A DNA stretch of 54,562 bases from a virus. Taxonomy: Duplodnaviria; Caudoviricetes. The position numbers and the translations under genes were made by a program. The stretch's first letter is position 1. Every line of letters starts with the position of its first letter. The DNA lies in IMG/VR virus record IMGVR_UViG_3300042564_006016, positions 1-54,562 of that record. One strand, written 5' to 3'. Of this stretch, positions 17,237-25,519 are shown in pieces. The notes under the pieces are model-generated. The model searched no databases. It was given only the letters and a program-made list of their open reading frames with translations, and was not told the DNA's origin.

Positions 17237-18874
17237 TCAAGCCTCTGCCTGTGCAAGTAGCCTATAATACTCTTTCCACCAGTTTGATTTTTCATTTTGC
17301 TTAGGGTGTAATTTGGTATAAACTGGGTATTTAATTGAGTCAATTATGTGATCGTCACCATCACTAGGCTCACCAGTTGGTCTGCCATCTCTATCTAGTA
17401 ACCATCTATATTTTTCTACTTCTTTTTGTAATACTTTGTTATCTACAAAATAAACTTTAAAATTACCAGCAATATAGCTCACACTTGTTGCCCTACTACC
17501 CGAACCTTTGTCAGCTAAATGTATATAACTAGGGCTAAACCCTTTGTCAATTAGCTCTGATTTAGCTACTGGCATGTGATCGATATAAAAGTCAACATTA
17601 GCATAATTTGGCACGCTTTGCATTATTCTTTTGACTAAATCAGGTAAAGACAGCCCTTTTTCGTACAATAAATTATTGACGTAAATACAAGGCAACTCAT
17701 CTAGTTTTTGAGCTGGAACATGCTTGACAGCAGTCAAAGCGGAGGGGTCTCCTTCGCCAGAAAAACCCCAGTCAATTCCGTAAAACTCAGTAGCCTCAAT
17801 CTTTTTGTACTCTTCCAAACTTATACTTTCCCAATTGTTAAAGACTCTACCGCTCCGACCAGTACCAACCAAACCTAAAGTATTAGTTAGGTAATGATAC
17901 GGATCAGTTGTTTTATATCGTGTGTGTTGCTGGTATAAATACAATTTCACTGCTCTTTCCCCACCTTCCTCTCTCAATTGTTCAAGCAAAACTGTGTTGT
18001 CATAAACAGTCGAAAAAGAATAGTGCCAGCCTAAATCTTCGTATTTCAAGCCGTCAGGGTGCGGAAACAATTCACCAGTGTTATAATCCTTTTCTAAAAT
18101 TACCCCAGACTTAGGTTTCATGTGGTAAAACCCGTCGTATTCGCTAAGCTCTAAATCATAAAAATCATTTAAGATTGGAGAATTTGAAGGGGGTGTGTTA
18201 AAAGCACAAATAACTTGACCCCTCCATTTTTGGGCTTTGGTTACCTTTCGGTATTTGGTTTGGGTGTAAGATTCGCCAGTAACTTGATCAATCGTAGTGG
18301 ACTGATAAGCTTCAGTTTCTTGCCAAGTTAAATCAAAAAACCTAGGGATTGTTTGCCAAAGCTGATTCCACATATCCCAACGCATAACTTCAGCAAACTC
18401 TTCAACAAAAACATGAGTAATATCTTTGTAGCCTTTCAACCTTGCCGAGTTGTTAGCGTCCACATCGAAGGAGTCAATACGGATTTGGTGACCATTTATT
18501 GTAATTCTACCTCTATCATAGCTTTTTTGTTTTAATTCGTTATAATCAATTTGTAAAAACTCTAAAACTGATTTAACTACACCATCAAAAATAGTTTTTT
18601 TAGCGGATTCTTTAGTGTTTCTCATCAAAAGAATATTAGCCTTCCATTTGCCTAAACCACCTAAAAGAATATATGCAATAACTAAATACAAACTTACCGA
18701 TTTACCCGAGTCTCTAGCCCCAGCGATTAAACAAAGAGGAAACTTATTTGATAAAATAGTTTGTATATCTTTTGTCTGAGTTGGTGAAACTTTAACTAAT
18801 CTATAAGTTTTGTTTAATTCCTTTAACTTTTCAGGTGATATTTCATAATAGATGTCTAGGTTCTCTGTGTCCAT
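17237..18874 (-). CDS. terL: Terminase large subunit
   Basis: Walker A GARDSGKS, Walker B VFVEE, nuclease YGIDWGF and DDHIIDSIKY. Confidence 0.93.
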   Translation of the reverse strand: MDTENLDIYYEISPEKLKELNKTYRLVKVSPTQTKDIQTILSNKFPLCLIAGARDSGKSVSLYLVIAYILLGGLGKWKANILLMRNTKESAKKTIFDGVVKSVLEFLQIDYNELKQKSYDRGRITINGHQIRIDSFDVDANNSARLKGYKDITHVFVEEFAEVMRWDMWNQLWQTIPRFFDLTWQETEAYQSTTIDQVTGESYTQTKYRKVTKAQKWRGQVICAFNTPPSNSPILNDFYDLELSEYDGFYHMKPKSGVILEKDYNTGELFPHPDGLKYEDLGWHYSFSTVYDNTVLLEQLREEGGERAVKLYLYQQHTRYKTTDPYHYLTNTLGLVGTGRSGRVFNNWESISLEEYKKIEATEFYGIDWGFSGEGDPSALTAVKHVPAQKLDELPCIYVNNLLYEKGLSLPDLVKRIMQSVPNYANVDFYIDHMPVAKSELIDKGFSPSYIHLADKGSGSRATSVSYIAGNFKVYFVDNKVLQKEVEKYRWLLDRDGRPTGEPSDGDDHIIDSIKYPVYTKLHPKQNEKSNWWKEYYRLLAQAEA

Positions 18875-18882
18875 TTTTTAAA

Positions 18883-19386
18883 CTAAAACATCATTAAAAA
18901 ACTTAAAACCAAACCTACAATAAAAAAAGTTTTTCTTAACTCAAAAAGTATTTGTATTTTATCTTCAGTGTCTTTAAGTCTTGATAAATAACCATTTAAA
19001 GTATAATTCCAAATAAGCTCTTCTTTGTTGTTTATTTTTGTATTATAAAAAGAATTTGGCTTTAAAGTTTTAGTTTCCCCATAAATCTCTTCCATAATAC
19101 TTTTTCCAGAAAAACCACTAGCTAAGCTTATATCCCAGTTTATCCAAGCTAAAACAAAAGTTAAAATTGAAAATAAAATCAAAGCAATTATTTTCTGTAT
19201 ATTTTCAAAACTTTCTAATCTTAAAGTTAAAGCAATTAAAATAAAAGGGTAAAATTTATTTACAGTATTTCTAATGTTATCTATTTTATTTAAAGAGTCA
19301 TAGACTTTTTCTTTTTCATACTGAACTAGAAATTTAATTACTTCAACAGTTTCTTTGCTGCTTATTGGTTTAATTTGATCGGACAT
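18883..19386 (-). CDS. Membrane protein (about 3 TM segments)
   Basis: ORF track 18883..19431; ATG 19386 plausible; hydrophobic stretches. Confidence 0.6.
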   Translation of the reverse strand: MSDQIKPISSKETVEVIKFLVQYEKEKVYDSLNKIDNIRNTVNKFYPFILIALTLRLESFENIQKIIALILFSILTFVLAWINWDISLASGFSGKSIMEEIYGETKTLKPNSFYNTKINNKEELIWNYTLNGYLSRLKDTEDKIQILFELRKTFFIVGLVLSFLMMF

Positions 19387-19413
19387 ATTTTTTAAATGGT
19401 TATTGGTTAAAAT

Positions 19414-19778
19414 CAGTTCACGGCTATTCAACTAAATTTGTTATTACCTTGATTTCGTTGTAATCAAATTGCCCTTGTGGATTTCTTTTTTGGTCTCTAG
19501 TGATATATTTTCCAGCTACTAATTCATTAATATATTTATCAATCCTATCTCTGCCAATAGGTTTTTTGCCTTTGAATAGTGTGTCTAATTCTTCATTATT
19601 AACTTTGATTATATCAGTTTTGTTTGTAAGTCTTGCCACAAGCTTAGACAAGACCGCATAAGCCACGGGGTCAAGTGTATTAAAAGGTAAATCGTGAAAA
19701 CTTTTATAAACATTCATATACTCATATAATCAGTTCACGGCTATAGTATTGTCAAGGGTAAAACCAGTTCACGGCTAT
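19414..19778. repeat. Three copies of CAGTTCACGGCTAT (19414, 19731, 19765)
   Basis: Exact direct repeats flanking the wHTH gene; one lies in its promoter spacer. Confidence 0.85.
19424..19717 (-). CDS. Small winged-HTH protein resembling the N-terminus of phage replication initiators
   Basis: GRDRIDKYINELVAGKYITRDQKRNPQGQF; flanked by three 14-bp repeats. Confidence 0.7.
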   Translation of the reverse strand: MNVYKSFHDLPFNTLDPVAYAVLSKLVARLTNKTDIIKVNNEELDTLFKGKKPIGRDRIDKYINELVAGKYITRDQKRNPQGQFDYNEIKVITNLVE

Positions 19779-19949
19779 AAACAATCCCCTCAAAGGAGGG
19801 GTATTTGATACAGAATTACTAAAAACTGTACTGTATTTATAGTACAGTAAGTGTAATCTTTTGTCAACTAATATGTTTAATGTTTGATTAAATAAGTATT
19901 TAGTTTTAATATTTTGACATTACTTAAAAAGTAATTTAGTAAGTTAGCT

Positions 19950-20327
19950 ATGACAGATCAAACACCACAAAGGCGAACTAGAGGCAAAGACAAGTCGCCT
20001 CGCAAGCAAAGAGGTAAGGATAAATTACCTCGTAAGCCAAGAGCTAAAGAGCTAAAACCCAGGAAACCAAGAGCAAAAGAGCTAAGCCCTCGCAAGCCAG
20101 AAGGGCTGACCAGATCGGGCAAGCTGTACCACTTTTACATCTCAAAGGATATGTCGGAGTTGCTAGCCAACACTGGGGTAGCCAAATCAAAGGCAATCAG
20201 TGCTGTGATAACCTCGGCTGTGTCAACCGTGGACAATCGAGACGGCACATATACCCACTTTTTGACGGCGGGTAAAACTGTGCTGGCACAAATAACTAAT
20301 GGAAATAAAAGTTTAGAATTAGCTTAA
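19950..20327 (+). CDS. Basic repeat protein (RGKDKxPRK / RAKELxPRK), likely DNA-binding
   Basis: Four Lys/Arg/Pro-rich repeats; TTGACA-17-TAGTAA promoter 7 nt upstream. Confidence 0.7.
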   Translation: MTDQTPQRRTRGKDKSPRKQRGKDKLPRKPRAKELKPRKPRAKELSPRKPEGLTRSGKLYHFYISKDMSELLANTGVAKSKAISAVITSAVSTVDNRDGTYTHFLTAGKTVLAQITNGNKSLELA

Positions 20328-20388
20328 AATAACTGTAAATCAAAAGACTAAATCTTTATAAAACCCCCTAAAAAGGGGTTCTGAAAGG

Positions 20389-20637
20389 TTAGTTTAAAAC
20401 TTTTAAATCATCTCCTTTTTTGACTTTGTAATCTTTAAGAATTGAAAACCTTAAAGGAATTTCAAAAAAACCATTATTACAAAACCAAATATTGATATTA
20501 AAAACTTTACCTTTTGAATCTGTGAAAGCGTACCAATAGTCAAGTTCTGTGTCTGTTGTGTCAATTTTATCAATTTCAATTTGATAATTTTCACCCTGAA
20601 ACGAAAATGACAGGGTTGTGTTGTGAAGTGTGGACAT
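20389..20637 (-). CDS. Small early hypothetical protein
   Basis: ORF between repeated intergenic modules. Confidence 0.7.
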   Translation of the reverse strand: MSTLHNTTLSFSFQGENYQIEIDKIDTTDTELDYWYAFTDSKGKVFNINIWFCNNGFFEIPLRFSILKDYKVKKGDDLKVLN

Positions 20638-20639
20638 GG

Positions 20640-20942
20640 TAATTTTTAAAAATTTAAGTAAAATAATTTACTTTACAAACCCCACCCGAAAGTGAGGTCA
20701 AAAAGGAAATTAATTTATAAAAGCGATTAACTTCATATTTTCATCATAAAACCAGATTCTTTTTTTGAAATTTTGTAGATAAAAATAGTGAAAAACATTT
20801 GGCAAATCTTTTACAGTGTAAAAAAGAAGCTTTTTAAAAGTTGTTTGATCTGTTGAGTAAAACATAGTGATTTTTAAAAATTTAAGTAAAATAATTTACT
20901 TTAGAAACGGTTTAAATAAATAAACCGTCAAAAAGGAAATTA
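20640..20942 (-). repeat. Repeated intergenic modules (34-bp and 16-bp identical blocks around a variable hairpin)
   Basis: 20642-20675 = 20870-20903; 20697-20712 = 20927-20942. Confidence 0.85.
20710..20865 (-). CDS. Small early hypothetical protein (51 aa, MFYSTDQTTF...)
   Basis: Read manually; bounded by the two repeated intergenic modules. Confidence 0.6.
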   Translation of the reverse strand: MFYSTDQTTFKKLLFYTVKDLPNVFHYFYLQNFKKRIWFYDENMKLIAFIN

Positions 20943-21182
20943 GACTTTAGAAAAATAATTTTTTGAGCCTATAAAATAATCAGCATCAAAATAATCAACG
21001 CAATCAAACTCAACTGCTTTCAAAGCTAAGTCTAAAGAATCAAAGCCCTTTAAATTGTTATCATCTACCCAGTTGTCTAGTTCGAAAAGCTCGCCAGTTT
21101 TAGGGTTAAGTCTTGCGACTATTAGCTTGTCTTGGCTGGTGATGTAAGCGGTAAAACGCTCTAAATTGTAGAAGATGTTCAT
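20940..21182 (-). CDS. Small early hypothetical protein
   Basis: First ORF after the promoter at 21256-21228. Confidence 0.7.
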   Translation of the reverse strand: MNIFYNLERFTAYITSQDKLIVARLNPKTGELFELDNWVDDNNLKGFDSLDLALKAVEFDCVDYFDADYFIGSKNYFSKV

Positions 21183-21227
21183 ATAGTAATTTTTTTAAAA
21201 TTTGCTTAAAAAGATAAGCTAAAAATA

Positions 21228-21409
21228 ATTCTATTAATAATATTATTATTTGTCAAATATAATTTACTCTATTATATATAGTAACAAAAAATAAATACAA
21301 AAAAACATGATTAAATAGAAACAATCAAGCTAAACAATCCTTATATAATAGCCCTTTTTAAGTCTTTTACATAAATATTCTTGACAAGATAAAAAATATT
21401 GTATAAATT
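21228..21409. promoter_or_regulatory. Divergent strong promoters
   Basis: Minus: TTGACA(21256)-17-TAGAAT; plus: TTGACA(21381)-17-TAAATT. Confidence 0.7.
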
Positions 21410-21573
21410 TATAAAGTTACTTCCGAAAGGCGGCTACACCAACCAACCAAATCAAACCACTTCCTTACTTCCACCAATTTTGTGAAGTTCAACAGTTCAA
21501 AGCAAGATAAAGAAGGTTACAACTTAAAAGGTCAAGGCGATAACCTTAATAATCGCCAAAAAAATTACTATTT

Positions 21574-21807
21574 ATGTCTCAAATATACTACGAAACACAC
21601 ACTTATGAAACTATGATCCAAATTAAAAGCTATTTTAATGGTTGGGTGCAATCAGACAAACAAACAGCTTTAAACTACGCCAAACAACTATTTAAATCAA
21701 TCACAACCTATAAAACAGAAAAAGAATTAATTAGCTATATTAACAACCACAAACTTAAAAATATTACTTTTACACTATATGAACTTAGACAAAGCAAAAA
21801 AGTATGA
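21574..21807 (+). CDS. Small early hypothetical protein
   Basis: ORF with AAAAAATTACTATTT-ATG leader. Confidence 0.7.
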   Translation: MSQIYYETHTYETMIQIKSYFNGWVQSDKQTALNYAKQLFKSITTYKTEKELISYINNHKLKNITFTLYELRQSKKV

Positions 21808-21837
21808 ATTATTCAGATACTTAAAAAATTACTATTT

Positions 21838-22122
21838 ATGTCCCCGTTACACATCACCCCCCAAGCAGATGGAAACCCACCAGCCCAACTTAAATTAAAA
21901 TTTAAAAATTTAAATAATAAGCAAGGGTTTTCACAAAAAATTTACAATTTAGTAGAATTTTACAAAGAAAACGATTTAATAGAAATTAATAGTATTGATT
22001 ATGATGAAACTTTAAAAACTTATATTACAAAACCAAAAAAAATAGTTGTAGGTAAAGATTTTGCTTTCGCAGGTTATTATAACAAAAGAGGGAATCACAA
22101 AATTGATTTTAAATTTAGTTAA
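21838..22122 (+). CDS. Small early hypothetical protein
   Basis: ORF with the same AAAAAATTACTATTT-ATG leader. Confidence 0.7.
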   Translation: MSPLHITPQADGNPPAQLKLKFKNLNNKQGFSQKIYNLVEFYKENDLIEINSIDYDETLKTYITKPKKIVVGKDFAFAGYYNKRGNHKIDFKFS

Positions 22123-22234
22123 ATAATCAATTTAAATATATTTTATACTTATGTCCGCAAAACAATTACAACAAGCACTTGAAAATATCAAAAGCTCAGA
22201 TTTAAACAATTTTAAATTATTAAACAAATAATCT

Positions 22235-22468
22235 ATGTCAACACTAATAATCACCGAAAAGCTTTTACAAAAAACTTTTTATCTTTGGCAAAAAAACAAA
22301 GAAAATAATACAAGGTTTATTATCTCCAACGAAACTAAAAATTTAAATGATTTAAAAAGTGGTATAGCAAGCGACAAAGTTTTTATTTACGATTTAATCA
22401 AAAAAACTTGGTTAACTAAACCTCAAAGTAAAGCACAACTTTTGAAATTTCTAATTGAATCAATGTAA
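22235..22468 (+). CDS. Small early hypothetical protein
   Basis: ORF. Confidence 0.65.
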   Translation: MSTLIITEKLLQKTFYLWQKNKENNTRFIISNETKNLNDLKSGIASDKVFIYDLIKKTWLTKPQSKAQLLKFLIESM

Positions 22469-22604
22469 ATTTTAAAAACAAGTTTAAGAATTTTAAAGCA
22501 AATTTAAATGTTTTTGTTGTAGATTGTTTTTTTGAAATTAAATTGTTTTTTTTAGCTTTTAAATGCTTTTTAAATAAGTTTTTTGACTCTTGTTAAACAT
22601 AATA

Positions 22605-22722
22605 AGGCAAGTTGTATAGGCAATTTTAAGGCAATTAGTAGGCAATGTAGGCAATAATTAGGCAACTAAATTTAAAAACCTCTATTTAATCACACTTGAC
22701 AGACTAGGCAATTATAGGCAAT
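22605..22722 (+). repeat. Eight AGGCAA repeats upstream of the putative TerS gene
   Basis: At about 22605, 22618, 22629, 22640, 22649, 22660, 22706, 22716. Confidence 0.8.
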
Positions 22723-22734
22723 CTAAAAAATTGA

Positions 22735-23391
22735 ATGCCTAAAATAACAAAACAGGACTGGAAAGATTGGGAAGGTGAATTTTATTTGTCAAACTACCAA
22801 AAAGCGAATGACTTTTTAAGAGCTAAAAAAGGGCTTGAATCTAGTTATCTAATGACTGGATTTGCGAGGCTTAAAACGACCCCCTGGAATAAGACTAAAA
22901 AGAATATGGCTAAGCAGAATTTAATCACTGCTTTCGTAGATAGTAAAGAGTCAAATCAAATAAAAGAAGTTGGTGAAAATGCTATAAATATCTTATCTAA
23001 AAGGCAAATATCGCAAAAGGCGATGAAAGTTGAATCTGATTTGTTAAGTTTTATTTTTGATGTAATTTCAAATCTTCCTGAAGCTTATAACAGTGGTCTA
23101 TTGACGCCTAGAGACTTTTTGGCTGGTCAAGGTGCTATTACTAATTATCTATTGTTGGTTAATAAGCTAAAGGGTGTTGATAGTGGCGGTGAAGAATTAG
23201 CAGACCTTTTAACTAATTTAAATTCGAGGGCTAAAAAAGACAGCTCAAAAGATCAGGGCAAGAGGGTCGTAGAGAGTGACGGTGGTGAGAAAGATGGTCA
23301 AGAAGGTGAAGGAAGTGGTGATAGAGGTGGCTCTGATAATCACAAACAAATCTTGTTCGTAACAGTGCAACCAGACAAGCCAAAAAACTAA
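22735..23391 (+). CDS. Putative terminase small subunit
   Basis: N-terminal DW..W..EF, helical middle, disordered tail ending in a short beta-strand; flanked by repeats; inference. Confidence 0.45.
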   Translation: MPKITKQDWKDWEGEFYLSNYQKANDFLRAKKGLESSYLMTGFARLKTTPWNKTKKNMAKQNLITAFVDSKESNQIKEVGENAINILSKRQISQKAMKVESDLLSFIFDVISNLPEAYNSGLLTPRDFLAGQGAITNYLLLVNKLKGVDSGGEELADLLTNLNSRAKKDSSKDQGKRVVESDGGEKDGQEGEGSGDRGGSDNHKQILFVTVQPDKPKN

Positions 23392-23484
23392 TGAAAAAAT
23401 AGATATAAATTATTACTATACAGTTGTGCGTGGTGTGTAGTAGTCTATTAATGGCTATTTAATCAGGTTTGTAGGCTGTGTGTA

Positions 23485-23512
23485 GGTGCGTATAACGAGC
23501 ATTATACGAAGT
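23485..23512. other. dif-like Xer recombination site
   Basis: GGTGCGTATAA-CGAGCA-TTATACGAAGT: 11-6-11 layout; left arm one mismatch from E. coli XerC arm GGTGCGCATAA. Confidence 0.7.
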
Positions 23513-23590
23513 GACTTCTAAAAAAAGAGGTAGGGGGGGTGGTGCTAGGTGGGGTGGGGGGACAACCCTTACACATTTTTTGGTTTTTCT

Positions 23591-23929
23591 CTACAAGTAC
23601 ATTGTGTAAAAACTGCTATCTGATCGAACAAACTGCTTGCTTGTAATCTTTTCAAACTCTTTAATTTCTGTTTTGTTGGTAAAAGCAAAGTAGCCTTTTC
23701 CTTTCGTTTTAAGCTGTTTAAATGTTTTTTTGGCTAAGAACAGGAACAGGGTGTCTTTAAATTCGATATATACTCTTGTTTTGTTTATTACGCTGTCTCC
23801 GATAAAATATTTAGGAGGTTCTGAGTTTGTTAATAAGTTTTTAGATTTCTTTTTTATATTGTTGTTATTACAAGGTAGGATTGAGGCTTTTGAGATATAG
23901 GTTCTCCTTAGGGAAATGGTTTTAAACAA
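23591..23929 (-). CDS. Hypothetical protein (start uncertain)
   Basis: TTG-start ORF; 5' part overlaps a hairpin. Confidence 0.4.
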   Translation of the reverse strand: MFKTISLRRTYISKASILPCNNNNIKKKSKNLLTNSEPPKYFIGDSVINKTRVYIEFKDTLFLFLAKKTFKQLKTKGKGYFAFTNKTEIKEFEKITSKQFVRSDSSFYTMYL

Positions 23930-24253
23930 ATCCCCAGGAATTTCCTATATCTGATTATTACTGAGGTTGGGTTTCAGCTCATCGATTTTATTGGTAGCTG
24001 GCAAGACTACACTTAGGTTCTCCTAATGCCAACTCTAGCTAATTGAGTCAAACTAGAGGGTCAGATAATCGGGCTATGTCCAAGTCGGCATTACGCATAA
24101 GTTATTTATTCCTTACCTTGGTTAAGTATATTTGCCGATTAGAGCTGTAAATGTTCACGGTGTACTTTCTTTTATTTTGTATCCTTTAAGGGCTTCTAAA
24201 AGCGATTTCCTTACCGTCTAATTATTGGAGTTGATCAAGGAATTAGAAAAAAC

Positions 24254-24347
24254 TTGACAAGAAAAAATATTTTTGAAAGATTGAATTAACACCTTTCAAG
24301 ACCCCTCTTCCCAGAGGGTTTTTTCTTTGGCTTTAACACCTTTCAAG
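24254..24347 (+). ncRNA. Candidate ~40-nt antisense sRNA (promoter, 15-nt repeat, terminator)
   Basis: TTGACA-17-AAGATT, TTAACACCTTTCAAG, CCCTCT-TCCC-AGAGGG-T6; the 15-mer recurs at 24333. Confidence 0.45.
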
Positions 24348-24372
24348 TGATAAAGTTATTTCCATCTAAAAG

Positions 24373-24702
24373 TTAATGCTTAGATTTGTCAACCAATTTT
24401 AAAACATGGTGGTTGTAACCTCTTATAAAAGCTTTTGTTACACAGCCTGCTACTTCTCTGGCATACTCATCTAAAAAGCGTTTTTTTGAAACAGTTTTTA
24501 TCTCAGAATGTTTTATTTCAGCAATAAATGCAAAATTAGCTAAAAGATTTTTATATCCGTTTTCTGGGTCAACTCCCATGCGAGCACCTAATTTATCGAG
24601 GGGGTCATAAATAACTACTTCTTTTAAATTAAGATCTGAGTATTTAATTTTGTACCACATGGGGAGGTATTTTTTTAAATTAGATAAAAATTGTTCTTTC
24701 AT
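24373..24702 (-). CDS. Hypothetical protein
   Basis: ORF in leftward operon. Confidence 0.7.
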   Translation of the reverse strand: MKEQFLSNLKKYLPMWYKIKYSDLNLKEVVIYDPLDKLGARMGVDPENGYKNLLANFAFIAEIKHSEIKTVSKKRFLDEYAREVAGCVTKAFIRGYNHHVLKLVDKSKH

Positions 24703-24813
24703 ACTGAAATTATTTAACGATTAGATTTGTCAACCTTTCCATTTCTGTATAAGATTTTGCTTTTAGTAAATATTCAAACTGATTTAGTTCTGGTAAAAGT
24801 TTAATACTAGTTT

Positions 24814-25092
24814 TTATAACTTTTCAATATCTCTAACTACAATATGATAAAAAACCCTATAAAAAGATTCGGCTTCATAACCCCACTCATCTTCAGGAAG
24901 TTGTTGTTTTAATCTTTTAATTTTATTTAAAAAATCTACAATCTTTTTTATATCTACCTCAGCTGGCTTTTTATAAGTAACTTTTATAGTTTCTGAGCCT
25001 TCTTCATAAGCCATGTTTTCTACTTCAAGGTTTTTAACCTCTCCTTCTGAGTTTGTGTAGGTAAAAATACCTTTGCCTGTGTTGTGTGTCAT
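24814..25092 (-). CDS. Hypothetical protein
   Basis: ATGA overlap with the upstream gene. Confidence 0.7.
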   Translation of the reverse strand: MTHNTGKGIFTYTNSEGEVKNLEVENMAYEEGSETIKVTYKKPAEVDIKKIVDFLNKIKRLKQQLPEDEWGYEAESFYRVFYHIVVRDIEKL

Positions 25093-25307
25093 AAGTTTAT
25101 TTTTTCATAGATTGCTTGCATAGCAACCATACCAAGCTTAAAAGACATTTCATTAGTTAATTCTTGGTGATCTAAGTTAGGGTTTTCTCGAAGTTGCTTT
25201 AGGAGTCTTTCTTGGATTTCTTTTTTAGCTTGTTTGTACTTTTCTGAGTTAATAGCTTCTTGTAGCATTTGAGGGGTTGCTTCAAATGTAATGTTAATGT
25301 GTGTCAT
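25089..25307 (-). CDS. Hypothetical protein
   Basis: ORF in operon. Confidence 0.7.
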   Translation of the reverse strand: MTHINITFEATPQMLQEAINSEKYKQAKKEIQERLLKQLRENPNLDHQELTNEMSFKLGMVAMQAIYEKINL

Positions 25308-25311
25308 AAGT

Positions 25312-25518
25312 TTATTTTTTAATCTTTTTAACAGTCTTCTCTAGCCAATTTCTTAATACTTTTTCATCTAATGGCAACCTAGCCTTATGCTTTCGCTCTC
25401 TGCCAATCTTTATTGGTTTGATGTAAGCCATTGATCCAGGTATAAAAATAGCATTGCCCATTTGTTCTAAATAAGTGTCGCCTCTGAGATTGATTATTTT
25501 TTGGGTCATAATTTTCAT
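25312..25518 (-). CDS. Hypothetical protein
   Basis: ORF in operon. Confidence 0.6.
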   Translation of the reverse strand: MKIMTQKIINLRGDTYLEQMGNAIFIPGSMAYIKPIKIGRERKHKARLPLDEKVLRNWLEKTVKKIKK

Positions 25519-25519
25519 A

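Noticed and set aside
23500-23512. loxP site or vector contamination
   Set aside because: Only 13 nt match one half; the spacer is 6 bp with a XerC-like left arm, fitting dif rather than loxP
24090-24117. Second dif-like site (ATTACGCATAA...)
   Set aside because: Left arm only; no matching TTAT arm after a 6-bp spacer
24286-24347. Mini-CRISPR array
   Set aside because: Only two 15-bp repeats, and the intervening sequence is a terminator hairpin
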